A stretch of 58,904 nt of DNA from Candidatus Daviesbacteria bacterium (lineage in GTDB: Bacteria > Patescibacteriota > Microgenomatia > Daviesbacterales > UBA10151): NCBI GenBank assembly GCA_016183225.1, contig JACPEZ010000047.1, positions 1-58,904 on the forward strand. The letters run 5' to 3'. Numbering within the stretch: the stretch's first letter is position 1; each line of letters opens with the position of its first letter. The translations under genes were made by a program, and so were the position numbers. Positions 43,973-53,451 of the stretch are shown here, one piece after another. The notes under the pieces were generated by a model. It was not told the DNA's origin, searched no databases, and saw only the letters and a list, made by a program, of their open reading frames with translations.

Positions 43973-43973
43973 T

Positions 43974-44414
43974 ATGAGAATTATAAACCGCAAAGCTCTT
44001 CATAATTATCATATTCTGGAACATTTGGAAGCAGGCATACAACTGACCGGAGCGGAAGTTAAATCCGTCAGAGCCGGCAGGCTGAATCTGGGGGAAGCTC
44101 ATGTCAGGATTTTAAACGGCGAGGCATATCTGATCAATGCCAATATTCCCCGCTACGCCCAGGAATCATCCAAAACTTATGCTGCCCAAAGGTCAAGAAA
44201 GCTCTTGCTTCACAAAGCTCAAATCATGAGTTTAACAGGTAAGACTTCCGGCAAAGGAGTAACTATAGTGCCGGTAGCTATTTACGAAAAAAATAATAAA
44301 TTTAAGCTGGATTTGGGTTTGGGAAAGAGCAAAAAGGAATTCGATAAGCGCAAAATAATCAAAGAACGCGATCATATCAGGCGTGTTGAACAGGAACTAA
44401 GAGGAAAAGAGTAA
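43974..44414 (+). CDS. smpB: SsrA-binding protein SmpB
   Basis: IINRKALHNYHILEHLEAGIQLTGAEVKSVRAG, basic C-terminal tail, adjacent to tmRNA. Confidence 0.9.
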   Translation: MRIINRKALHNYHILEHLEAGIQLTGAEVKSVRAGRLNLGEAHVRILNGEAYLINANIPRYAQESSKTYAAQRSRKLLLHKAQIMSLTGKTSGKGVTIVPVAIYEKNNKFKLDLGLGKSKKEFDKRKIIKERDHIRRVEQELRGKE

Positions 44415-44415
44415 T

Positions 44416-44443
44416 TTGCATTTAGCTTTAAATGTGGTATAAT
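44416..44443 (+). promoter_or_regulatory. tmRNA promoter (TTGCAT-16-TGgTATAAT)
   Basis: ttgcat at 44416-44421 and tataat at 44438-44443 with an upstream tg. The mature 5' GGGG begins at 44453. Confidence 0.6.
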
Positions 44444-44452
44444 ACAAGATAC

Positions 44453-44818
44453 GGGGATGTATAGTCTCGACAGAATTGCTCTTTGAAAACTGCAAGCTGT
44501 TAAGGAAACATTAAACATAAAATATTGTTTCGAAACACAAACGACAGATCTTCTGATCGTTTCGTCTACGCTGTAGCATAAAGCTTCAGTGCGCGATATT
44601 TTGGTAAATCTTCTCCTGGCTAGATTTCCAAGGTATGTACCCAGTCAGGATGCAGTTTAGATATCTAATCCATATTCTAAACGAAGAAACTTGGATTAAG
44701 TGTTAATCTTCCTGCTAACGGGTTACAAATTAACACTCAAAATATACATTAGCTAAGCTTGTAGAAGTTTTGAAAGTTACAATTTTGGACGGGGGTGCAA
44801 AACCCCCCATCTCCACCA
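44453..44818 (+). ncRNA. ssrA: tmRNA (SsrA)
   Basis: 5' ggggatgtatagtctcgac and 3' ggacgggggtgcaaaaccccccatctccacca form an acceptor stem with the G3:U pair and an encoded CCA. Candidate tag frame ...NDRSSDRFVYAVA ends at TAA 44579-44581. Confidence 0.85.
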
Positions 44819-44833
44819 TGTTAAAATAGGTTT

Positions 44834-45535
44834 GTGAACCTCATTTTAGATCTGCTTTTTCCCAAAAAATGCATTGGTTGCGGACAGCCAAATTCCTATT
44901 TTTGCCAAAGATGCATGGCCGATATCTTACAAACCGACCTGATTTGTCCGCAGTGCGGTAATTTATCAATTGGCGGATTAACCCATCCCGGCTGCGAAAG
45001 AACTTTTAGCCTGGACGGGTTGTGGAGTTTGGGCATTTATGCCGGCCCTTTAAAAAAAGCCATTCAAAGATTAAAATATGAGCCTGCTTTGGTGCGGGAT
45101 TTTGCTCCGGTTTTGGCAGATATCATTGTTTACTACTGGAAAAAATACTCGCCTCATCTTTTTGATCTGGTTAGAAAAAATAAAAATCAGTGGGTGGTTG
45201 TACCGGTGCCGCTGCATTGGTTTAGGGAAAATAAAAGGGGTTTTAATCAGGCAAAACTACTAGGACAAATTTTATCCAAAAAATTAGGTTTGGTTTACTG
45301 TGAGGCCTTAAAACGCACTCGCTATACCCGCTCCCAAGTAAAATTAAAAGGGGAGCAGAGAAGAAAAAATATTTATGGCGCTTTTGCAATTTCTTCTAAC
45401 TATACGCTAGACGCTAAACCCTATGTACTACTTATAGATGATGTCTGGACTACCGGCTCTACCATGAGAGAATGCTGTTACGAATTAAAACGCGCCGGCG
45501 CCCAAAAGGTTTGGGCTATGACACTGGCCAGGTAA
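44834..45535 (+). CDS. comFC: ComF-family phosphoribosyltransferase-like competence protein
   Basis: N-terminal zinc-finger cysteines (FPKKCIGCG...CQRC...CPQCG) and a C-terminal PRTase motif VLLIDDVWTTGST. GTG start. Confidence 0.8.
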   Translation: MNLILDLLFPKKCIGCGQPNSYFCQRCMADILQTDLICPQCGNLSIGGLTHPGCERTFSLDGLWSLGIYAGPLKKAIQRLKYEPALVRDFAPVLADIIVYYWKKYSPHLFDLVRKNKNQWVVVPVPLHWFRENKRGFNQAKLLGQILSKKLGLVYCEALKRTRYTRSQVKLKGEQRRKNIYGAFAISSNYTLDAKPYVLLIDDVWTTGSTMRECCYELKRAGAQKVWAMTLAR

Positions 45536-45578
45536 AATTCTTGTTGTATTAATAATGGAAGTATGCTACTGTTAATTT

Positions 45579-46568
45579 ATGGATAGATTAGCATTCAATC
45601 ACGATGGGTTAAGAGTTTTTATTAAGCAAGTGCAAGGAAAATTAGGATTAGATTCTGACGGGCTAGCCAAATTAATCGGTCTTTCTGGGAGGACTATCAG
45701 AGATTGGAAAAGAGAAAAGTTTAATCCTTCTAAGGATGCTATCTTAAAATTAAGCAAATTGTCTCAAATACCGTTACCTCCTCATAAAATTTTACCTCAG
45801 TTTTGGCATAATGGAATTGCAGGTAAGTTGGGAGGCAAAAAGACCTTTAAATTATACGGTTTGTTAGGCAATAAGGAGTCTAGAAGTAAAGGAGGCAAGA
45901 TATCTTGGTTTAAGAGACGGGAAAACCCAGAACTTTGGACAAAGTATGTTAAAACTTTTAAGATTCCTGAAGAATCAGAGGATTTAGCAGAATTATTTGG
46001 AATTATCCTTGGAGATGGAGGATTAACTCGCTATCAGTGTGTAATTTATTTAAATAGTGATACAGACCAGGATTTTGCTGTATATGTTCAGAATTTAATC
46101 GAGAAATTATTTGATTCTAAACCTAGTATTTATAAATCAAGGAATGATCATGTATGGAAAGTTAGTATTGGTGGAGTTGATTTGGTAGAATATCTAAACT
46201 CTAAAGGTTTATCTTTAGGGAATAAAGTACTTTTACAAGTAGGTGTTCCAGAATGGGTTTGGACCAAAGAAGGATATATTAAGGCTTGTATCCGAGGATT
46301 GGTAGATACTGACGGATGTTTTAGTGTACATACATATAGTGTAAATGGGAAAAGATATTCCTATCCAAAACTGGCCTTTTCTAATAGATCTGAACCTATT
46401 TTGCAATTTGTATATCAGGGGTTAAAACAACTAGGCTTTAATCCTAAAAGGACTTATGAATATGGTGTATGGTTGCATAATCAGCAAGAAGTTAGAAAAT
46501 ATTTGCAAGAGATAGGAACTAGGAACTATAAACCGTCGGTTAAGAAAATATTGGGAGGAGTCGCATAG
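45579..46568 (+). CDS. Free-standing LAGLIDADG homing-endonuclease-like protein with N-terminal HTH
   Basis: Two LAGLIDADG-type motifs (LAELFGIILGDGGL and IRGLVDTDGCF) and an N-terminal HTH-like GLSGRTIRDWKREK. The 3' end overlaps tRNA-Ser by 15 nt. Confidence 0.7.
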   Translation: MDRLAFNHDGLRVFIKQVQGKLGLDSDGLAKLIGLSGRTIRDWKREKFNPSKDAILKLSKLSQIPLPPHKILPQFWHNGIAGKLGGKKTFKLYGLLGNKESRSKGGKISWFKRRENPELWTKYVKTFKIPEESEDLAELFGIILGDGGLTRYQCVIYLNSDTDQDFAVYVQNLIEKLFDSKPSIYKSRNDHVWKVSIGGVDLVEYLNSKGLSLGNKVLLQVGVPEWVWTKEGYIKACIRGLVDTDGCFSVHTYSVNGKRYSYPKLAFSNRSEPILQFVYQGLKQLGFNPKRTYEYGVWLHNQQEVRKYLQEIGTRNYKPSVKKILGGVA

Positions 46569-46640
46569 AGGCCGAGTGCCGCGCAGTGCTAATGCGCTAT
46601 ACCCGTAAGGGTATCGTGGGTTCGAATCCCACCTCCTCCG
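46554..46640 (+). tRNA. tRNA-Ser (anticodon GCU)
   Basis: Hand-folded. Acceptor ggaggag/ctcctcc, anticodon stem gcgca/tgcgc with loop gtGCTaa, long variable arm, T arm gtggg-ttcgaat-cccac. Confidence 0.85.
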
Positions 46641-46657
46641 CAGGGTAGAGTTATTAC

Positions 46658-46742
46658 GGAGAGGTCGCATAGTGGCCTAGTGCGGCGGTCTTGAAAACCG
46701 CTGTCTCGCAAGGGACCGTGAGTTCGAATCTCACCCTCTCCG
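46658..46742 (+). tRNA. tRNA-Ser (anticodon UGA)
   Basis: Hand-folded. Acceptor ggagagg/cctctcc, anticodon stem gcggt/accgc with loop ctTGAaa, long variable arm, T arm gtgag-ttcgaat-ctcac. Confidence 0.85.
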
Positions 46743-46999
46743 CATTTCGGGATAAGCATACAAAAAGTCTTCTGTTTGGGTTGGTAAATCAATCCTATCA
46801 GGCAGTTCGAATTTTTGTTGCTTTTTAACCTCATCAGAAGTAGCTTTCGAATTATTAGTAAGCTCAACTAGCTCTGATAATATCTGGAATGGTTTGGTAT
46901 AAGTGTAGGTTAATTGTTTGCCTACTTGCGTCTGTATTCATAGTCATTTTAATAGGTTTACCCGAAATGTCAGCTGGTTGTATTTTAACAGTTTTATAC

Positions 47000-48664
47000 C
47001 TACTTAGGAGTTACGATTACTAAAGCTAAGGCTCCATTACTTAGATAGATTTTCTTAAGGACCTTGACATGTTCTGAATCTTTATCAGGTAAACTCCAAG
47101 GACTACCAATGAATAAAGTCCCCTTTTTAGATCTATCTGTTATCCAATCTATTGATCGGATTGTAAATTTATCAAAATGAGCTCCTTTGGTAGGGAAATC
47201 CTTAACTTCTTGTTGGAATTTAGTAGGATCATATTGTGAGTAAAAAAGGATGTACATATGGGGAATATTGACTATATAAGGTGCTTCTATCCCTCTGTAA
47301 GCATCATAAACAATCTCTTGGTATTCATCCTTATGTTCAATTGCGTAAAGCACTGACTCCTTTGTTCCCTCCATAAAGGCTTCTCCTCTTTGCAGCGGGA
47401 AATGAACTGTAAAAATCAGAAAAGCACGTATCAAAAAAATGGCTATAAAGATCGGATAGAGAGTCAGTATGAATGATTTAATGTATCGACTACCCAAATT
47501 AATCACCTTTTCATATAAGTTCAAAGCACCTAAAGAGGTAATCATCAGTAACATTGGAAGTAGAATAATACTTCTGCCTGCGCTAGTTTCATTGTTGGTA
47601 AGAGATGCCGGTATTAAGGCAAGAAAAATCCATATAAAAATCAGTGCTCTGTTTTTATAAATAGAACCTAGCTGGCTAGATCGACTTTTATTTAAGAGGC
47701 TATAAATTCCAAAGATTAAAAATGGAATTTCAAAAAGGTGCATTACTCCTAAACCGATAGTTCCGACATTAGTCATATTTAGACCGTTAGTAAACAGGAA
47801 ACCAGGGTCAAAATAATTAAGAAATCTTTTGAGCCAAAAAAACAGCAGTAAAAAATTTTCTGAACTAAAAGCCACCCCCCTATTTAGATGATCCAGAATT
47901 ACATAACGAGTGAATTCTATATCCTGAGTAATGAAAACCATACTGGCTCGGGCTTTATCCGGCCCAAAAAAAGTCCCGTAAGCCAGAGGTAAGACCAGTA
48001 AGCAGGCCATCAGAGCCAAAACTATAAACTCTTTTCTCCGTTGCCACAATATCTTGCGATTAATAATCAACAGGGCAGTTCCGAGCAAAGGCACAAACAG
48101 ACGTTCTGGGTAATAGGTGTACATTGAGATTACAAAAGAGCTGGCAGCGCCTAGGGCATATAGATACCCACCGTTTTTTAGCATCTTTTGAAAAAGAGTT
48201 ATACCTAATACCAGTAGAGTCATCGCAATTAGGTGATCCGAGACATACCTTGAGTAAAAAAGGTGCCAGGGAGAAATAATCAAAAGCAAAGTTGCTATCA
48301 AAGAAACTTTGACGTTTCCGCTCAGAGTTTTAAAGAAGATATAAAATAGCGGTATTGAGATGATGGCTATTAAGACCGTAGGTAATCTGACACTGAATTC
48401 ATTTAATCCGAATAGAGCTATAAAAGGTACAAGTATATATACAGGAATCGGGTTTTTATAATCTCCTACGGATGGAAAGGTAATCGGCATAAACAACCCA
48501 TTCTCATCTCTGCCTGTTTGTAAAATTGAGTAAGCGCTATATCCAAAAGCTACCTCATCATTATTTAAACTTGGAGGGTTGGTAGTAAAATGATAGAATC
48601 TCAAAAATCCACCAACTAAAGTGATTAGGAACAGTAACAAAAATATAGTCAATCGCTTTTTCAT
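47000..48664 (-). CDS. GT39/ArnT-like (PMT_2) membrane glycosyltransferase
   Basis: N-terminal LRFYHFTTNPPSLNNDEVAFGYSAYSIL (DE-containing first loop) and ~12 TM segments, followed by a soluble C-terminal domain. Confidence 0.7.
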   Translation of the reverse strand: MKKRLTIFLLLFLITLVGGFLRFYHFTTNPPSLNNDEVAFGYSAYSILQTGRDENGLFMPITFPSVGDYKNPIPVYILVPFIALFGLNEFSVRLPTVLIAIISIPLFYIFFKTLSGNVKVSLIATLLLIISPWHLFYSRYVSDHLIAMTLLVLGITLFQKMLKNGGYLYALGAASSFVISMYTYYPERLFVPLLGTALLIINRKILWQRRKEFIVLALMACLLVLPLAYGTFFGPDKARASMVFITQDIEFTRYVILDHLNRGVAFSSENFLLLFFWLKRFLNYFDPGFLFTNGLNMTNVGTIGLGVMHLFEIPFLIFGIYSLLNKSRSSQLGSIYKNRALIFIWIFLALIPASLTNNETSAGRSIILLPMLLMITSLGALNLYEKVINLGSRYIKSFILTLYPIFIAIFLIRAFLIFTVHFPLQRGEAFMEGTKESVLYAIEHKDEYQEIVYDAYRGIEAPYIVNIPHMYILFYSQYDPTKFQQEVKDFPTKGAHFDKFTIRSIDWITDRSKKGTLFIGSPWSLPDKDSEHVKVLKKIYLSNGALALVIVTPK

Positions 48665-49851
48665 TGTTTACCTACCTCGGTATGAATCTCTCCAAAGTAG
48701 CGTCTAAATCTAGGGTATTCTCTAAATGAGATGTCCGCCAAACTAACTATAATCTGAGTTATTACTAAACAAATTACACCCCAAAGTAATAATTTAGTAA
48801 ACATATGATGCCTATTATGATACAAAGACATTAGGCCATAGCTAATAATAAAAACTAAAGCTGGCATAATAAGTATTAGCCTGTGGAGATCAACCAGAGG
48901 TTGGGCGAGTATAGAAGGTAGGGTTAGAGATAAACCGGCTAATATCATCATCCTGCTTGACTTGTGATTTTTAAAACTCCTGTATAAACCATAAAGGAAT
49001 GGAGCTATAAATCCTAAATAGAGGGGAGGACTAAAGGAAAAGTTTAGAAGTTTCTCTTGAGATGTAAAATAAGTTGAGGGACTAAGGTGTTTTAAACCTT
49101 TTAGTAGTAGGTATTCTGATAAATAGAGATATTTATTTTCAGTCAACTTAGATAAAGCACCAAACCCTGCTTGTTGGCTCTCACCTTTAAAGCTATTCAC
49201 ACCATTTAATAATCCAGGTTCAGAGAAAACTTTAATCTGTTGTTTAGTTAAGTTATAAATTCCTTCTGGATTATAGAAAGATCCCAAAACCACTGGCAGA
49301 TACATTAGTAAGACTACTAAAAATAGTTTGCGCTTTTGTTGTTTGCTCAAGTAACCAGTCACCACAATAAATAAGAAGAGAATCCAAATTACTGGAGCTG
49401 CAAGAAGAGAGAAATAATATAGCCCCCCAATGAACAGAACTAACCACCATATTGATCCTTGATTATCCTTCCACTTTAGAAAACTTAAAAACAAGCTTAG
49501 CGAAAATAATAAAGCTATGATTGAATTAGCTTGAGCTGCTACTAAATAAGCAGGCCACAAGGATATACCAAATACCAGTGGAGGAAGCAAAAACCATTCA
49601 GCTGGGAAAAACCGCCGAGCTATTAACCAAATTAAGAAAGTACTTCCTCCTCCGCAAAGATAATAAGCCCAAACTGGTAGAAAAATTGGTTTACCAATTA
49701 AGTCAACTAAAAAGATACTCTGATGATCCAGTCTAATATTATGTAAGGAATAAGCGATGAACCAACTAAGCAGCAATTGAAAAAGGATAGTTATCAATAC
49801 CGAGAAAATAATCCGAGTTAATTTTGTATGACTTACATTGTTATTTACCAT
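48661..49851 (-). CDS. Polytopic membrane protein, possible GT-C-type glycosyltransferase
   Basis: About 10 TM segments and a 4-nt overlap with the downstream GT39-like gene. No catalytic motif recognised. Confidence 0.4.
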   Translation of the reverse strand: MVNNNVSHTKLTRIIFSVLITILFQLLLSWFIAYSLHNIRLDHQSIFLVDLIGKPIFLPVWAYYLCGGGSTFLIWLIARRFFPAEWFLLPPLVFGISLWPAYLVAAQANSIIALLFSLSLFLSFLKWKDNQGSIWWLVLFIGGLYYFSLLAAPVIWILFLFIVVTGYLSKQQKRKLFLVVLLMYLPVVLGSFYNPEGIYNLTKQQIKVFSEPGLLNGVNSFKGESQQAGFGALSKLTENKYLYLSEYLLLKGLKHLSPSTYFTSQEKLLNFSFSPPLYLGFIAPFLYGLYRSFKNHKSSRMMILAGLSLTLPSILAQPLVDLHRLILIMPALVFIISYGLMSLYHNRHHMFTKLLLWGVICLVITQIIVSLADISFREYPRFRRYFGEIHTEVGKQ

Positions 49852-49987
49852 TTCATAAGGTATCTTTCATTTGAAAAGACTACTTAAATAGTAACAATCA
49901 GTGGGGGTAGAAATCAACAAGAAAATAAGGCTAAAAGGTAACATACAGTGGGTTCTGTAGGATAGATGAACTTGGTAGCTTGTCCGT

Positions 49988-50200
49988 GTGGTTACTAAAC
50001 GAGATAAAAAGCTCGGTAAACAACTGCACCGACTGCGAAAGCAGCGAAAGCTCACACAAGAGCAAATCGCTGAAAAAGTAAGGGTGAGTGCAAAATATAT
50101 CCAATACCTTGAGTCTGCCAAGAGGGTACCCAGCCTGAAACTGCTCTATAGAGTTGCTGATACTCTCCAAGTTAAGGTAAAAGATTTATTTACTTTCTAG
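49988..50200 (+). CDS. XRE-family helix-turn-helix regulator (70 aa)
   Basis: LGKQLHRLRKQRKLTQEQIAEKVRVSAKYIQYLESAKRVPSLKLL is a canonical Cro/C1-type HTH. GTG start. Confidence 0.7.
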   Translation: MVTKRDKKLGKQLHRLRKQRKLTQEQIAEKVRVSAKYIQYLESAKRVPSLKLLYRVADTLQVKVKDLFTF

Positions 50201-50332
50201 GGCAAATATTGGCCAGAACATAAGACAGATACTTTTTCTGGCCTAAGAAAGCCCGCTGAGGTTTTTCTTGCTTTAAGCCTCTCTCTGCTGTAATATCTGG
50301 TGCAACTGCCCTCTAAATTACTATTAACGAGA

Positions 50333-52456
50333 ATGGATATTCAACTTTTTATGTCTATTTTTAAGGGGCGTCATGACGTTTATGCTAAACGGTGGGAAAA
50401 AGATGGTAAAAACGGCTACAGTCCTGCATATAGGGTGGATTGGAGTAAGTTTGCAGCTTTTAAAGCCAGGGGCGGTAAGTTTTCAGATTATCCCCACAAA
50501 ACCCCATTACCTCTAACATTAGAAATTATTCAAAGTCATTTAGAAGGTAAGGAGATAGTAGGGATTTATCCTTTATTATCAGACAATACCTCCTACTTTA
50601 TAGCAGCTGACTTTGATGGTGAGAATTGGCCGGAGGAAATAAGGGCATTTTCTAAAGTCTGTGCCAGATACAGTATTCCAACCTATTTAGAAAGATCCAG
50701 ATCTGGTAATGGTGGTCATGTCTGGATTTTCTTTGAAGACAAATACCCTGCATATAAATCAAGAAAAATTATTTTAGAAATAATCAGAGAAGCACTTGAG
50801 CTTTCAGTTTTTGACCGAGAAGTTAGTTTTGATAGATTATTTCCAAACCAAGATTATCACACAAATAAGGGATTTGGGAATCTAATTGCCTTACCACTAC
50901 AGGGAGACTCATTAAAAAATAGTAATTCTGGTTTTCTTGATCCTGAAACGCTGGAAATTTTACCTGATCAGTGGAACTTTATTAAAAATATTGAACCTGT
51001 TTCTCTGGATATACTTGATAAACTTTATCTCGAGTTAGTAGAGGAACTGGCAAAAATAAGCAACACTCAGAAAGCAACTAAAGGCACATTAAATGTCATT
51101 ATCCAAAACCAGATTTACCTAAATAAAAGTCAGCTAACTCTTGTAATGGTAAAATTCCTGAGAGAAAATTTAAACTTTTCAAATCAGGAGTACTTTGTTA
51201 AACAAAAAATTGGCATTAGTACCTATAAAACCGAAAAGTATTTCAGGCTGATTGAGGAAACTAATGATTCTGTAACTATTCCCAGAGGCTTTTTAAATCA
51301 ACTTATTGAATTTTGTGAAGAGAATAAGATCCCCTTTGAAATTATTGATAAGCGGGAAAAATTAGCTGATGTTAAGTTTAAATCAAAGATTTCACTTAGA
51401 GATTATCAGAATATAGCTGTTACTGAGGCTATGAATAAGGATTACGGAGTAATTGTTGCTCCATCAGGATCGGGAAAGACTGTTATTGGACTGGAATTGA
51501 TAGCCAGAAGATTACAACCAGCACTGATTCTGGTTCACCGAAAGCAGCTATTAGATCAGTGGGTGGAGAGAATAGAGTCTTTTTTAGGAATCCCTAAAAA
51601 GGATATTGGTCAAATTTCAGGAAATAAAAAGAAACCCGGAGATCAAATTACTGTGGCTATGGTTCAAAGTCTACTAAAAATGAATAACCTTGATGATATA
51701 AGTAAGAGTTTTGGCACTATTCTCCTCGATGAATGCCATCATGTACCGGCCAGAACTTTTAGAGAACTAATTTCAAACCTGAACTCTTATTACCTTTATG
51801 GTTTAACAGCAGCTCCCCAAAGAAAATATAACGATGAGAAGCTAATTTATTACTATCTCGGTGATGAAATTGTAACCATAGATCCAGATCAACAAAAAGG
51901 TTCTTTAACTGATAAAATTACAGTCCATATTCGTAGCACTGTTTTATCTGTACCATTTGATTATAAAACTGATGTATTTGAAGTCATTTCAAAAATACTT
52001 ATTTTTGATAGTGCCAGAAATTTATTGATCTGCCAGGATGTTTTACAGGAAGTTCTAAAGGGAAGGAAAATTCTTATCCTGACAGAGCGTAAAGAGCACG
52101 TTGAAGTATTAAATCTTTATTTAAAATCCCACGCTGAAATTATTACTTTAACTGGTGAGGATTCACAAAGAAAGCGTAGGCTTAAAATTGAACAAATTAA
52201 ATCAGGTAATTTTCAGATTCTTATAACAACTGGCCAACTGTTTGGTGAAGGCATGGATTTTTCTGCCTTCAACTGTTTATTTTTAACCTATCCATTTTCG
52301 TTTGAGGGAAAACTGATTCAGTATATTGGAAGAATCCAGAGGTCTAAGAGCAAACAGATAATTTATGATTACAGGGATCAGAATGTGGCTTTTCTGGAAC
52401 GTTTGTTCCAAAAAAGGTTAAAATATTATCAGAAGCGTGGCTGGGTAGAAAAATAG
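50333..52456 (+). CDS. Archaeo-eukaryotic primase (PrimPol)-like domain fused to an SF2 (ResIII/DEAD-like) helicase
   Basis: N-terminus: FKGRHDVYAKRWE, IAADFDGENW, SRSGNGGHVWIFF, FGNLIALPLQG (AEP motifs I-III-like). C-terminus: Walker A APSGSGKT, LLDECHH, and motif VI-like GRIQR. Confidence 0.75.
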   Translation: MDIQLFMSIFKGRHDVYAKRWEKDGKNGYSPAYRVDWSKFAAFKARGGKFSDYPHKTPLPLTLEIIQSHLEGKEIVGIYPLLSDNTSYFIAADFDGENWPEEIRAFSKVCARYSIPTYLERSRSGNGGHVWIFFEDKYPAYKSRKIILEIIREALELSVFDREVSFDRLFPNQDYHTNKGFGNLIALPLQGDSLKNSNSGFLDPETLEILPDQWNFIKNIEPVSLDILDKLYLELVEELAKISNTQKATKGTLNVIIQNQIYLNKSQLTLVMVKFLRENLNFSNQEYFVKQKIGISTYKTEKYFRLIEETNDSVTIPRGFLNQLIEFCEENKIPFEIIDKREKLADVKFKSKISLRDYQNIAVTEAMNKDYGVIVAPSGSGKTVIGLELIARRLQPALILVHRKQLLDQWVERIESFLGIPKKDIGQISGNKKKPGDQITVAMVQSLLKMNNLDDISKSFGTILLDECHHVPARTFRELISNLNSYYLYGLTAAPQRKYNDEKLIYYYLGDEIVTIDPDQQKGSLTDKITVHIRSTVLSVPFDYKTDVFEVISKILIFDSARNLLICQDVLQEVLKGRKILILTERKEHVEVLNLYLKSHAEIITLTGEDSQRKRRLKIEQIKSGNFQILITTGQLFGEGMDFSAFNCLFLTYPFSFEGKLIQYIGRIQRSKSKQIIYDYRDQNVAFLERLFQKRLKYYQKRGWVEK

Positions 52457-52457
52457 T

Positions 52458-52901
52458 ATGATTAAGAAACTGAAACCTATACCAGATGTAATAGTCTATA
52501 AAGATAATGCCGGCAATGGCATTTTCTCAGATGAAACTTATATTACAACTGAATTAGGTGGCGAGGCACATAGATTACGCAATTACGTTGTTATAAGTGC
52601 TCTAAATAATAAACCCTTTACAAATAAGCAAAGGGGGATTATTAAAAAACAATTTAACTTAGTCAGTAAAAAGCATGACTCAAAAATAGAAGAGATAGAA
52701 TTTTCTAAAAATTATGCACTTATTAAAATTCTTATCTCAGTTGAGGTAGCACCCCAGGAGTTAATAGATGCTGGGATGAATACCTGTGATGATATTGAAA
52801 AGTTCTTGCGTTTCCATTTTTATTGTACAAATGTTAAAAAACCATCCAAGAAAGTAATAAAGGATTACTTAAATGAAATCACCGAGAAAAAAGCAAATTA
52901 G
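52458..52901 (+). CDS. Hypothetical protein (147 aa), possibly a degenerate IS200/TnpA (Y1 HUH)-like fold
   Basis: Starts 1 nt after the helicase stop. Pattern-level resemblance to TnpA_IS200 (IEEIEF..NYALIKILISV..; FLRFHFYCTNV...VIKDYL), but the HUH histidines are absent. Confidence 0.4.
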   Translation: MIKKLKPIPDVIVYKDNAGNGIFSDETYITTELGGEAHRLRNYVVISALNNKPFTNKQRGIIKKQFNLVSKKHDSKIEEIEFSKNYALIKILISVEVAPQELIDAGMNTCDDIEKFLRFHFYCTNVKKPSKKVIKDYLNEITEKKAN

Positions 52902-52979
52902 TATAAAAGAATACTATCCTTTCAGCTTTTTTATTCTTTTGTTATCTTGTTATTGCTTCTTTTTGATATTATGATTTAA

Positions 52980-53231
52980 ATGGTGTTAAAATACTCCCCT
53001 ATGGACGAAAATAAGCACAAAAAGGTTCTGTTTAATAAAATTTACGCCAACATCCCGCTGGGTCTAAGAGATGAAATTGTGGTTGTACTGGAAAACAACG
53101 AACCATTATCCTGGAATGCTGCCAAAATAGAGATTGATAATGATACAGATAAGGTAGATGAAATCTTAGACAAACTTAATCGGCTAGGTTTGTTAAAAGA
53201 GCATTCGGAAGACCAACATGGACACGAATAA
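52980..53231 (+). CDS. Hypothetical small acidic protein (83 aa)
   Basis: ATG ORF on the same strand, overlapping the next ORF by 14 nt. Confidence 0.35.
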   Translation: MVLKYSPMDENKHKKVLFNKIYANIPLGLRDEIVVVLENNEPLSWNAAKIEIDNDTDKVDEILDKLNRLGLLKEHSEDQHGHE

Positions 53232-53451
53232 GGAAGACAAAAAGCTTCAGGAATACATTAAAGAGCTGGTGATAGCCAGAATTAACGCTCTCTCTAAAGA
53301 TTTGGAGATTTCAGTCGGTGGTGAAAATATTACCAGAGAGCAGATTGTAGAAAGCGTTAAAGAGGGTAATGAGCTTGGGCAAGAGATTATTGAAATGCAA
53401 CTTAAATTCCTAAGAGATATTGCCGAAGGTAAAATCTATCAGAGTGAATAA
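53218..53451 (+). CDS. Hypothetical small helical protein (77 aa)
   Basis: ATG ORF on the same strand with overlapping neighbours. Confidence 0.35.
   Translation: MDTNKEDKKLQEYIKELVIARINALSKDLEISVGGENITREQIVESVKEGNELGQEIIEMQLKFLRDIAEGKIYQSE

Noticed and set aside
45404-45421. The aactatacgctagacgct string in comFC as evidence of a cassette insertion site
   Set aside because: It is a single 17/18 match inside an intact, full-length ComF ORF. It is noted as a near copy only and is not evidence of insertion.
46431-46867. Minus-strand ORFs 46431-46670 and 46589-46867; plus-strand ORF 57531-57770
   Set aside because: They run through tRNA genes, giving translations such as GEGEIRTHG that are typical of tRNA T-arms read as protein.
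46743-46999. Possible integrase or prophage remnant downstream of the tRNA-Ser pair
   Set aside because: Hand translation of both strands gave only short ORFs under 45 aa with no recombinase motifs. There is no att-like repeat of the tRNA 3' end within the window.
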